A DNA stretch of 64,000 nt, from IMG/VR virus record IMGVR_UViG_3300042691_046823; one strand, written 5' to 3'. The DNA is from a virus. Under the pieces are notes generated by a model, which saw nothing but the letters and a program-made list of their open reading frames with translations, did not search any database and had not been told where the DNA came from. The position numbers and the translations under genes were made by a program. Positions 55,296 to 64,000 of this stretch are shown in pieces. The first letter of the stretch is position 1. The number at the start of each line of letters is the position of its first letter.

Positions 55296-56110
55296 GTGGT
55301 CATGTCCAAGGTCCAAGCCTGCTCGTATTTGTTGGCACAGTTGGGGCAGGTGATGCTCACGGGTTTTACTTCAGTAGATCGGCGCAGATCCAACACATGA
55401 TCTCTCACGCGATTGAACATGTTTTTATCACAGTTCATCAACCAATCGCGTATGTGTTCGGGATCAATGACTTGGGCTGCCGGTGTCTTGACCATGGCTA
55501 TGTTTTGACCCAGGGCCTGGGTGGTGATGGCCGTGAGTTTTTTCAACATGTTGCCCATGGTTTTGAGCCTTGTTTCCTCGTCAACATCGGGAGATTCCAA
55601 GGCCTGCATGGTTTTCTGATCTTCAAACTGAGCAAGATTGTTGGTGTTGATGTCATGATAGGTCATGGGCTTGAACCATATTTCAAGATCTCCCATGATC
55701 AGCGGTTTTGTGTAATCTGGACACTGTATCTGGTCCATGACTCCACGCAGATCGAGACCAAAATCGTGTTCGGTTTGACAGGCCGGGCATCGACTGCTGA
55801 TGTCCAAGGTGTGCCCGTAGGTAGCGATGCGCACTGAAATCAGCAAGGTATCGATGTCAGTGCTGGGCGTGTGCCAGGCGTCAGCGATGTTGGGCATGCA
55901 ACTCTGGATCACAGATACCACCGCTGACCCATTGAATAGGGCATCTGGTGTGCGATAGGTGATCTCATCCATGGTGGTCATAGGCAACACTGGTAACTCA
56001 CCATTGGCCGGCATGTTCAAAGAATCTTTGGGCCAGAACTTTCCTTGGCTGGGCAGGCGCACATAGACGCTGGGTTGCCTGAAATACTGTTTCAGTGGGT
56101 TGACTTCCAT
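55274..56110 (-). CDS. gp26: Baseplate hub/tail assembly chaperone, gp26-like
   Basis: NPLKQYFRQP..YVRLPSQG, PMT..DEI, IRIATYG, two CPxC motifs, ends TTFFEDAS. Confidence 0.8.
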   Translation of the reverse strand: MEVNPLKQYFRQPSVYVRLPSQGKFWPKDSLNMPANGELPVLPMTTMDEITYRTPDALFNGSAVVSVIQSCMPNIADAWHTPSTDIDTLLISVRIATYGHTLDISSRCPACQTEHDFGLDLRGVMDQIQCPDYTKPLIMGDLEIWFKPMTYHDINTNNLAQFEDQKTMQALESPDVDEETRLKTMGNMLKKLTAITTQALGQNIAMVKTPAAQVIDPEHIRDWLMNCDKNMFNRVRDHVLDLRRSTEVKPVSITCPNCANKYEQAWTLDMTTFFEDAS

Positions 56111-56125
56111 TGGGTTTTTCCTCGC

Positions 56126-56152
56126 GGTAAATAATAGATACGGATATTTATA
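56126..56152. promoter_or_regulatory. Face-to-face late promoters: GGTAAATA (+, 56126-56133) and TATAAATA (-, 56145-56152)
   Basis: Both motifs lie in the 55-nt gap between the divergent gp26 and tape-measure genes. Confidence 0.7.
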
Positions 56153-56165
56153 GACCTATAAAACC

Positions 56166-58520
56166 ATGGCCGCAGAAGACGAACTACCAGAGAGCTTGCG
56201 AGATCTCAATGAAATGCTCAAAACCCTCAACAACACTGTTGAGACTTCTGCTGAGCGCCAGAAAAAATTCTATGATCGCTTGCAAAACAATGCCTTGGCT
56301 TTGGAAAAATTTGCGCAACAAGTACGATCTGGAACCAAAACAGTAAAAGAATACGAAGAGAAAAAGGCTGCCTATGAAATAGATGCGGCCAAGCGTGCCC
56401 GATCCTTGGCACAAGAACAGTTGGCCGCAGAAAAAGAAACCAAGACCTTGGCCTTCCAGTTCATGAAGGCCGCTGGTGCATCCATAGAAAATCAAAAAGC
56501 CCTGCTGGTCTGGGGCGGCCGTCTCAAGGCCACGGGGCAGACACTGTCGGCCATTGGCGGCAGCATGGGTTCATTTGCCAAGGGGCTGGCCGAAGGTGAT
56601 ACCAAGTTTACTTCGTTGAATCCTCTGATCGATGGCGTGGTTGGTGCCATGGCCAAACTGGCCGAAGCCATTCCTTTTGTTGGCGGTGCACTGTCGGGCG
56701 CAATGAAACTGGCCGCCGAAGGCGCCAAATTCATGAATCAGCAGTTGCAAGTGGCCACCGACACATTCCAGGAACTCAGTGCCGTGGGTGCGCTGACTAC
56801 CAAGGGCATGAGTGGCGTCCAGGAACAATTTTTAAGATCCGGTCTGCCTTTGGAAAGTTTCCGTCGCCAGGTAGTAGCCAATTCTAATGCCTTGGCCACG
56901 TTCCGTGGATCAGTGGGATCCGGTGCTGAGGACTTTAGCAAGATCGTGGGCGCCGTGGTTGACGGAGCTGGAGAAGAACTACGGCGTCTGGGTTTCTCGG
57001 CCGATGCCATGGGCGAAGCCACAGCTGGCTTTGTCAAAATGCAGAGCACGCTGGGCCTGGCACAACAAAAAACCAATAGTCAACTGGCCCGAGGCGCGGC
57101 TGAATACGCCAAGGAATTAGATACACTGGCCAAACTCACTGGTCAGCAACGCAAACAGATCGAAGAACAGCAGGACGCTGCGCTGAGCGAAGGAAGATTC
57201 CGCGCCCAATATGACGAAATGGTGGCAAACAATCAAGAGAAACAGGCCAAAGCATTATTGGATTTCCAAACACAGGTCAATGCACTGAGCCCGCAGTTTG
57301 CTGCCGGCATCCGAGACATGTCCACTGGCCTTACCAACAGCCAGGCCGCAATCAAAGCATTCAATACCACAGGCGGAGCGGTACAAGGGATCGTGGAAAG
57401 GCTCAAGCGTGGCGAGATCGACCAGAGCCAGGCCATGAGAGAATTGCAGGCAGCAACCAAACAACAGATGGGCACTACCAGGACCTTTGCCAAGGCCATG
57501 GGCGACGGCAATGATGTTTTCATTGACTATGCACAGACCAGCAAATTGGTCAACGCTGAACAGAAAGATCTTGCCAAAGTACAGGCTGACGCTGTTAAGC
57601 AGATGACCAAGGGCCAGGATCCCTTGACTGATGCCGCAACTGGTGCCCAGCAAGGTCTGGAGAAAATGAGCCGTGAGGTCAACAATCTCGCCTTCCAGAT
57701 CTTACCAAACTATGCGTCAGTGCTGAAAAGTACCACAGACGTGATGTACCAAGGCATACGCAAACTTAGCGGAGCATTAGGTGTTCCAAGCCCTGTAGGT
57801 GGCGGAGGTGCAGGCAGCGCCGGTGGCGGAGGAGCTGGTGCAGCTCCAGGCGGCCGTGGTGGACGTGGTGGACGTGGCGCAGGAGGCGGAGGTGCAGGCG
57901 GTGGAGCAGCTGGTGGCACCGGAGCACTGTCTGATTATCTGGTGTTTGGTGGCAACACCGGCAGCCAAGCCAACTTTGATGCCCTGGACACAGATTTCAA
58001 GAATCGATTTATTGCCATGGCCCAGGAGTACAATCAAATCACCGGGGACAAACTGCGCATCAATTCGGCCTATCGCAGTGCCGAAGATCAAGCGGCTTTG
58101 ATGGCACGCGGTGGCAATGGAGCCAATCCCATAGCACAACCAGGCATGAGCCTGCATCAACGCGGCATAGCCGTGGATGTGAATTCCGAACAGCGCCGCA
58201 CGTTACAAAGCATGGGTCTCTTGGGCAAGTACAACATGTCCGGTCTGCCCAACGATCCACCACACATACAAAGCCTGGCCATGGGCGGTGTAGCCACAGG
58301 TCCCAAATCTGGTTATGCTGCCACCTTGCATGGCAACGAAGCCGTGGTTCCATTGCCCGACGGACGCACCATTCCAGTGGAAATGCCCAGCCTCAGCAAC
58401 AACATCGAGCAACAGGTCAGCATGTTGGGCGCACAATTAGCTACCATGCAGGAAATGGTGCGATACATGCGCGATAGCAACGCAATCAGCACCAAGTTAC
58501 TCCAGGCGGCCAACAATTAG
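56166..58520 (+). CDS. Tape measure protein with C-terminal M15-type peptidoglycan peptidase
   Basis: Long Ala/Gln helical region, Gly-rich linker, INSAYRS..DQ...SLHQRGIAVD...DPPHI, then GG...GP..GY...LHGNEAVVPLPDG. Confidence 0.8.
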   Translation: MAAEDELPESLRDLNEMLKTLNNTVETSAERQKKFYDRLQNNALALEKFAQQVRSGTKTVKEYEEKKAAYEIDAAKRARSLAQEQLAAEKETKTLAFQFMKAAGASIENQKALLVWGGRLKATGQTLSAIGGSMGSFAKGLAEGDTKFTSLNPLIDGVVGAMAKLAEAIPFVGGALSGAMKLAAEGAKFMNQQLQVATDTFQELSAVGALTTKGMSGVQEQFLRSGLPLESFRRQVVANSNALATFRGSVGSGAEDFSKIVGAVVDGAGEELRRLGFSADAMGEATAGFVKMQSTLGLAQQKTNSQLARGAAEYAKELDTLAKLTGQQRKQIEEQQDAALSEGRFRAQYDEMVANNQEKQAKALLDFQTQVNALSPQFAAGIRDMSTGLTNSQAAIKAFNTTGGAVQGIVERLKRGEIDQSQAMRELQAATKQQMGTTRTFAKAMGDGNDVFIDYAQTSKLVNAEQKDLAKVQADAVKQMTKGQDPLTDAATGAQQGLEKMSREVNNLAFQILPNYASVLKSTTDVMYQGIRKLSGALGVPSPVGGGGAGSAGGGGAGAAPGGRGGRGGRGAGGGGAGGGAAGGTGALSDYLVFGGNTGSQANFDALDTDFKNRFIAMAQEYNQITGDKLRINSAYRSAEDQAALMARGGNGANPIAQPGMSLHQRGIAVDVNSEQRRTLQSMGLLGKYNMSGLPNDPPHIQSLAMGGVATGPKSGYAATLHGNEAVVPLPDGRTIPVEMPSLSNNIEQQVSMLGAQLATMQEMVRYMRDSNAISTKLLQAANN

Positions 58521-58550
58521 CGGTAAATATCTACCTACAAAGGTGCGATT

Positions 58551-60359
58551 ATGGCTGGTTGGAAAAAATATTTCAAAGTAGCAAACACAGGCGGACAGAT
58601 GAGTCCGATATCGGGTTCTGGCGCAGAAGGTCTGCCCGGATTTGGCCGCAATGACGGTAGAGACCCCTTGCGCGGCCATGCCGACGTGGTCTATCGCAAC
58701 TATGCCAGCCGACTGCCCGAAGTTTATACCGGGCATCCCAACCGTATCGAGCGCTACAATCAGTATGAAGCCATGGATCAGGATTCAGAAATCAATGCCT
58801 GCCTGGACATCTTGGCCGAGTTTTCTACACAGTCCGACAATCAGACCAATCTGCCATTTGAAGTCAAATACAATGACAAGCCCACGGACCACGAAGTAGA
58901 CATTATCAAAAAACAGTTACAGCAGTGGATCAAACTCAACAAGTTAGATCAGCGCATATTCCGAATATTCCGCAACTCATTGAAATACGGAGATCAAGTT
59001 TTTGTGCGCGATCCTGAAACCTTTGAGATGTATTGGGTAGACATGACCAAGGTGGCCCGTGTCATAGTCAATGAAAGCGAAGGCAAGCGTCCGGAACAGT
59101 ACGTGATCCGCGACATCAATCCAAACTTCCAGAATCTAACCGTGGCTGCCAAGACCACCACAGACTATCAATCAAACCCGCCGTCGTCGGGCTACGTGGC
59201 TCCCTACAACTATACCATACCCAATGCCACCAGTGGTGCTGGTGTGTCAAGATTCTCGGCAGCCATGAACGAAACCGTGATTGACGCCAAGCACGTGGTG
59301 CATATTGGACTGTCAGAAGGTTTGGATTTTTACTGGCCGTTTGGTCAGAGCATCTTGGAAGTGATCTTCCGTGTGTTCAAACAAAAAGAACTTTTAGAAG
59401 ATGCTGTGTTGATATATCGCGTGGCACGTGCTCCTGAGCGCAGGATGTTCAAGATTGACGTAGGAAACATGCCTTCACACTTGGCCATGCAGTTTGTAGA
59501 ACGGGTGAAGAATGAGATACATCAGAGACGTATCCCCAGCTATACCGGTGGCGGTTCACCAGATGGCACGGGTCGTCATGTCATGGATAGTTCCTACAAC
59601 CCATTGTCGATCAACGAAGATTACTTCTTTCCTCAGACAGCAGACGGCCGTGGTTCGTCAGTGGAAGTCCTGCCCGGCGGATCCAATCTGGGCGAGATCG
59701 ACGATTTAAAATACTTCAACAACAAGATGTGCCGTGGTCTGCGTGTGCCCAGTTCTTACCTGCCCACCGGTCCCGACGACAGTGATCGTGCTCTCAATGA
59801 CGGCAAAGTTGGCACTGCCCTGATACAAGAATATCGATTCAATCAGTACTGCGAGCGTCTGCAACGCCTAATCGTGCAGAAACTGGATGATGAGTTCAAG
59901 ATGTTCATGCGCTGGCGCGGATTCAACATCGATTCTGGCTTGTTCCAGATTTCTTTCCTGCCCCCGCAGAATTTTGCAAGTTATCGCGAAGCCGAGTTAG
60001 ATACCAGCCGTGTCAGCACCTTTGCACAGTTGGAACAAATACCTTATCTCAGCAAGCGATTCCTTCTCAAACGATACCTTGGACTGAGCGAGCAAGAGAT
60101 CACTGAAAACGAAGAACTCTGGCACGAAGAACGTGCTACCTTGGATGCTCCAGCCACAACAGGACAAGATCTCCGTGCTGTGGGTGTGACACCGGCAGAT
60201 CTTGAAGCCGACATCACTGCAGGGCAAGATTTACAAGGTATTGGCGGTGCCGAAGCCTTGGCTCCGGGCGTGGCTCCGGGACAACAGGCAGCCGCTGGTT
60301 CTGCCGCTCCGGGCGTGCCTGGACCGGGCGCCACACCCGCGATAACACCCGCAGTATAA
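58551..60359 (+). CDS. gp20: Portal protein
   Basis: KQKELLEDAVLIYRVARAPERRMFKIDVGNMP, EDYFFP, LPGGSNLGEIDD, LRVPSS; preceded by GGTAAATA (58522-58529). Confidence 0.96.
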   Translation: MAGWKKYFKVANTGGQMSPISGSGAEGLPGFGRNDGRDPLRGHADVVYRNYASRLPEVYTGHPNRIERYNQYEAMDQDSEINACLDILAEFSTQSDNQTNLPFEVKYNDKPTDHEVDIIKKQLQQWIKLNKLDQRIFRIFRNSLKYGDQVFVRDPETFEMYWVDMTKVARVIVNESEGKRPEQYVIRDINPNFQNLTVAAKTTTDYQSNPPSSGYVAPYNYTIPNATSGAGVSRFSAAMNETVIDAKHVVHIGLSEGLDFYWPFGQSILEVIFRVFKQKELLEDAVLIYRVARAPERRMFKIDVGNMPSHLAMQFVERVKNEIHQRRIPSYTGGGSPDGTGRHVMDSSYNPLSINEDYFFPQTADGRGSSVEVLPGGSNLGEIDDLKYFNNKMCRGLRVPSSYLPTGPDDSDRALNDGKVGTALIQEYRFNQYCERLQRLIVQKLDDEFKMFMRWRGFNIDSGLFQISFLPPQNFASYREAELDTSRVSTFAQLEQIPYLSKRFLLKRYLGLSEQEITENEELWHEERATLDAPATTGQDLRAVGVTPADLEADITAGQDLQGIGGAEALAPGVAPGQQAAAGSAAPGVPGPGATPAITPAV

Positions 60360-60367
60360 ATATTGCC

Positions 60368-60586
60368 ATGATCCTCAATGAACTCTATCAGAGACCGCCC
60401 GCTGCCTATCAAGATCCTGGTCAGGACAACACCAGGCCCAAGATTGGAGATCTGCGCAAGACCAAACTCACTCTAAGGCAGATCAACAAACTGCGCCGAA
60501 TGAACGACGTCAGATCCTACGAATTCGAGCAAAAACTCAAACGTGTCAAGCAACAATATGCACCACCGGCCCAGCCCATGGTGTAG
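60368..60586 (+). CDS. Small head-module protein
   Basis: 72 aa, RKTKLTLRQINKLR; preceded by TATAAATA (60355-60362). Confidence 0.75.
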   Translation: MILNELYQRPPAAYQDPGQDNTRPKIGDLRKTKLTLRQINKLRRMNDVRSYEFEQKLKRVKQQYAPPAQPMV

Positions 60587-60598
60587 TATATGACCGAT

Positions 60599-60623
60599 AA
60601 AAGACAGAAATCTCTGTCTTTTT
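60599..60623 (+). terminator. Probable intrinsic terminator
   Basis: AAAAGACAG-AAATCT-CTGTCTTTTT hairpin with T tract. Confidence 0.55.
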
Positions 60624-60703
60624 CTATATTTTGACCCTGTAAAACACCCAGTTTTATCCATTAACTGTAAATATTCTACAGAGCCATTACTTTGGAGGGT
60701 CTC

Positions 60704-61528
60704 ATGAATAAATTTGAACAACTGATCGAATATGTGATCAATGACGACGAGGCGAAAGCCCGCGAACTATTCCATGACATCGTCGTGGAAAAAAGCCGAC
60801 AAATCTACGAAGAAATGATGGAAGAAGAAGTCGTAGACGAAGCCGAGGAAGAACTTGACGAAGCCAAGAAAGATGACGGCGAAGAGGAAGAACTCGACGA
60901 AGCTAAAGAAGAAGAAATTGAAGAATCCATGGAAGAAACAGCCATGGGTGGTGATCAATCCGATGATCTAATTGACGACATCGAAGTCGAAGAACAAGGT
61001 CTTTCCATGGAAGGTGAAGGCGATGACATGGCCGAAGCCGATCTGGAAGATCGCGTGGTAGATCTCGAAGACAAACTCGATGAACTCATGGCTGAATTTG
61101 AAGCACTCATGGGCGACGAGGGTCAGGGCGAAGAAGAAATTGAAACAGATGTTGAGATGGACATGGACACACCTGACATGGACGCAGAAGAAGTAGTTGA
61201 CGATGAAATGGAAACCGAAGGCATGAAAATGCCCATGGAAGAAGCCATTAATCTCAAAGCCGCTCCTGCTCCAGTAAAAAGCGAAGAAGCTGGTATCAAC
61301 AAAAAATCCACAGTGGCAGCCAACAGCGGCGCCAAAGGTGCAGCAGCCCAGCCGGTAAAAATGACTGGTGATATTGCACAAGGTCGTCCTGCTCCGGGCA
61401 CCAAGGATTTGATTGGTAAAGTACAAAACACACCAGCACAAGGTTCTGTAAAATTAGAACCCGCTACCAAACCACATTTGGCACAGGCAACCGGCGTCAA
61501 CACCAAGACACCGTTTCCTAAGGCCTAA
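60704..61528 (+). CDS. Acidic prohead core protein (gp67-like)
   Basis: Extremely E/D-rich; lies between portal and protease; TGTAAATA (60666-60673) and GGAGG RBS before ATG 60704. Confidence 0.75.
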   Translation: MNKFEQLIEYVINDDEAKARELFHDIVVEKSRQIYEEMMEEEVVDEAEEELDEAKKDDGEEEELDEAKEEEIEESMEETAMGGDQSDDLIDDIEVEEQGLSMEGEGDDMAEADLEDRVVDLEDKLDELMAEFEALMGDEGQGEEEIETDVEMDMDTPDMDAEEVVDDEMETEGMKMPMEEAINLKAAPAPVKSEEAGINKKSTVAANSGAKGAAAQPVKMTGDIAQGRPAPGTKDLIGKVQNTPAQGSVKLEPATKPHLAQATGVNTKTPFPKA

Positions 61529-61541
61529 GGACCGCAGGTAA

Positions 61542-62168
61542 ATGGCTCTTTACCTCAGAGAAAATCTTACTTTCACCCAGGCCAACATTGTTGTTGAAGG
61601 CACAGGTGAAGGTAAGAACCTCTACATGAAGGGCATCTGCATCCAAGGCGGTGTAAAAAACGCCAATGAGCGTGTGTATCCTGTGAGCGAGATTGAAAAG
61701 GCCGTTGGCCAACTCAATGAACAGATCACCTCTGGATACTCAGTGCTTGGAGAAGTAGATCACCCTGATGATCTCAAAGTAAACCTTGATCGGGTCAGTC
61801 ACATGATTGAATCTATGTGGATGGACGGGCCCAACGGTTACGGTAAACTAAAGATTCTGCCCACACCCATGGGACAACTGGTCAAGACCATGTTGGAGTC
61901 GGGTGTGAAATTAGGAGTTTCAAGCCGCGGTAGCGGAAACGTTAACGAGGCTAATGGACATGTCAGTGACTTTGAAATCGTCACTGTCGATGTTGTTGCC
62001 CAACCCAGTGCGCCAAACGCATATCCCAAAGCCATCTACGAAGGACTTATGAACATGAAATATGGTCACAAGGTCTTGGAAATGGCCAAAGAAGCTGGGG
62101 GAGACAACAAAGTACAGAGATACTTGAAGAGCGAAGTTTTAAGGCTCATCAAAGATCTCAAAATCTAG
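61542..62168 (+). CDS. gp21: Prohead core protease
   Basis: KNANERVYP, GEVDHP, VSH, TPMG, LGVSSRGSG, DVVAQPSAPNAY. Confidence 0.96.
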   Translation: MALYLRENLTFTQANIVVEGTGEGKNLYMKGICIQGGVKNANERVYPVSEIEKAVGQLNEQITSGYSVLGEVDHPDDLKVNLDRVSHMIESMWMDGPNGYGKLKILPTPMGQLVKTMLESGVKLGVSSRGSGNVNEANGHVSDFEIVTVDVVAQPSAPNAYPKAIYEGLMNMKYGHKVLEMAKEAGGDNKVQRYLKSEVLRLIKDLKI

Positions 62169-62177
62169 GAGAAACGC

Positions 62178-63269
62178 ATGTTAGATGCTATCAAACCACT
62201 ACTGGATAGCGACCTGATCAACGAGGAAACTCGTTCTGCGATCTCTGAGGCTTGGGAAGCCAAGCTCAACGAGACCAAAGAGCAGGTACGTGCAGAACTC
62301 AGGGAAGAGTTTGCACAACGCTATGAGCACGACAAAACAGTGATGGTGGAAGCCCTAGATCGCATGGTAACAGAAGGTCTCACAGCAGAGATCCAGGCCG
62401 TGGCCGCTGAAAAGCAAGCCCTGGCCGAAGATCGCGTCAAGTTCCAAGGCAAGATGAAAGAGTCAGCCACGAAGTTTAACGACTTCATGGTGACCAAGCT
62501 TGCTGAAGAAATTAGCGAACTGCGCAAAGACCGTCGGGCTCACAGCGAAGGATTCCAGAAATTGGAAAAATTCGTTGTCAAGGCACTGGCCGGAGAAATC
62601 ATGGAATTTGCACAAGACAAACGTGACGTGGTGGAAACCAAGGTACGTTTGGTGCGCGAAGCCCGTGAAAAACTTGAAGGCCTCAAAGCACGTTTCGTAA
62701 AAGAAAGTGCTGCCAAGATGAGCCAGAGTGTATCCAAGCATCTCAAGGCTGAACTCAGCCAATTGCAAGAAGACATCAAGATCGCTCGCGAGAACAATTT
62801 TGGTCGTCGTATATTTGAAGCTTACGCCGCAGAATTTGGTGCTACTCATCTCAATGAGAACGCCGAAGTTCGCAATCTCCGCAAAGAGATTGAGGCCAAG
62901 AATCAGCAATTGGAGGAAGCCACCCGGGCCGCCGAAGACGCCAAAGTCGTCGTCGAGTCCAAAGAGCGTGAGATCCGCATGATCAAGGAATCCAATGAGC
63001 GTGACAGCGCCATGGAAGAATTGCTCGCACCTCTCAATGAAGAGAAGCGCGAAGTCATGAAGAATCTCTTGGAAAGCGTACAGACAACACGTCTGAAAAC
63101 CGCTTTCGAGAAATATCTACCAGCCGTACTCGCAGAAGGCAAGTCAGTGAAAGCTAAATCGGTGATCTCTGAAAGCCATGTTGCAGTTACTGGTGATAAA
63201 AATGTCAAGGTGATTGAAGACGAGCCTCGTTCCAACGTGATCGACATCAAACGCCTGGCAGGACTGTAA
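62178..63269 (+). CDS. gp22: Prohead scaffolding protein
   Basis: Coiled coil, AWEAKL, NNFGRRIFEAY; lies between gp21 and the capsid gene. Confidence 0.85.
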   Translation: MLDAIKPLLDSDLINEETRSAISEAWEAKLNETKEQVRAELREEFAQRYEHDKTVMVEALDRMVTEGLTAEIQAVAAEKQALAEDRVKFQGKMKESATKFNDFMVTKLAEEISELRKDRRAHSEGFQKLEKFVVKALAGEIMEFAQDKRDVVETKVRLVREAREKLEGLKARFVKESAAKMSQSVSKHLKAELSQLQEDIKIARENNFGRRIFEAYAAEFGATHLNENAEVRNLRKEIEAKNQQLEEATRAAEDAKVVVESKEREIRMIKESNERDSAMEELLAPLNEEKREVMKNLLESVQTTRLKTAFEKYLPAVLAEGKSVKAKSVISESHVAVTGDKNVKVIEDEPRSNVIDIKRLAGL

Positions 63270-63288
63270 TAGTAAAAAGGAGACTGTA

Positions 63289-64000
63289 ATGTCACAAGAA
63301 CTATTAGAAGGCCGTTGGGACGAGACGAAAGAAGCCCTCATGGAGGGACTCAAAGGTCCACGTCGCAACACAATGGGTGTGATCCTCGAGAACACCCGTA
63401 AGTACCTGAAAGAGAACGCAACTGGTGGTTCTACAATGTCAGGTAACATCGCAACATTGAACCGTGTGATTCTTCCAGTGATCCGACGGGTTATGCCCAC
63501 TGTTATCGCTAACGAAATCGTTGGTGTACAGCCCATGACCGGTCCTGTTGGTCAGATCCACACACTACGTGTTCGCTATGCCAACACAATGAATGATCAA
63601 TCCGCTGCCGGTACTTCTACCACAGCTGGTGAAGAAGCCTTGTCGCCCTTCAAGATCGCTCAGGCATATTCTTCAGCATCGTCAGTCACAGCTGGTACGG
63701 TTGGTGCAAACCAAGCCCGTTACACAGGTGCTGACACAGCTGTCATGGAAGGTACAGGCGGTCGTCAGATCTCTGTGCAGATCCTGAAGCAGGCTGTTGA
63801 AGCCAAAACACGTAAACTCCAGGCTCGCTGGACGTTTGAAGCCGCTCAAGACGCACAGGCTATGCATGGTATCGACGTAGAAGCCGAAATCATGGCAGCC
63901 TTGGCACAAGAGATCACGGCTGAGATCGACCAAGAGATCCTGTTGAGCCTGCGTTCACTCGCAAGCACAGAGTTCACATACAACCAAGCTACCGTTTCTG
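63289..64000 (+). CDS. gp23: Major capsid protein (3' end beyond the window)
   Basis: Translated by hand: MSQELLEGRW...ILENT...VILPVIRRVMPTVIANEIVGVQPMTGPVGQIHTLRVRY...VEAKTRKLQARWTFEAAQDAQAMHGIDVEAE; AGGAG RBS. Confidence 0.97.
   Translation, partial: MSQELLEGRWDETKEALMEGLKGPRRNTMGVILENTRKYLKENATGGSTMSGNIATLNRVILPVIRRVMPTVIANEIVGVQPMTGPVGQIHTLRVRYANTMNDQSAAGTSTTAGEEALSPFKIAQAYSSASSVTAGTVGANQARYTGADTAVMEGTGGRQISVQILKQAVEAKTRKLQARWTFEAAQDAQAMHGIDVEAEIMAALAQEITAEIDQEILLSLRSLASTEFTYNQATVS

Noticed and set aside
57790-57925. GGN-rich tract as a regulatory repeat
   Set aside because: Encodes the Gly-rich linker of the tape measure protein.
1-64000. Stop-codon reassignment as in some jumbo phages
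   Set aside because: Core genes are full length in the standard code, and TAA, TAG and TGA all end genes at expected positions.

Overview
A 64 kb segment of a large T4-like (Tevenvirinae-type) myophage genome in the standard genetic code, cut at both ends. From left to right it holds five blocks. (1) 1-15.2 kb, minus strand: a tightly coupled tailoring-enzyme operon with a NodU/TobZ-type carbamoyltransferase, a 33-aa PFIY micro-protein, five radical SAM enzymes with N-terminal Cys clusters (plus a probable decayed sixth), two 'ETx..TEK' glycosyltransferase-like proteins, an amidinotransferase and three GT-A-like proteins. (2) 15.3-46 kb, minus strand: a tail/baseplate module with a 4780-aa giant protein, gp6, gp25, gp5-like and hub proteins, gp53-like, and a tube-cap-like protein with acidic repeats. 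(3) 46-53.4 kb, plus strand: gp55 sigma factor, gp47 and gp46, with a rSAM/SDR/rSAM cassette inserted between gp47 and gp46, then a GIY-YIG nuclease followed by about 390 nt of highly structured non-coding sequence. (4) 53.8-56.1 kb, minus strand: gp26/gp51-like genes joined by a -1 slippery site, followed by an ATE/Bpt-like transferase gene trio. (5) 56.2-64 kb, plus strand: tape measure with an M15 peptidase, portal, prohead core, protease, scaffold and the start of the major capsid protein. The best candidates for new biology are the radical SAM/carbamoyl/amidino/glycosyl cluster, the GIY-YIG plus structured non-coding element, and the gp26/gp51 frameshift. All family assignments come from motif recognition by eye; no database searches were run.
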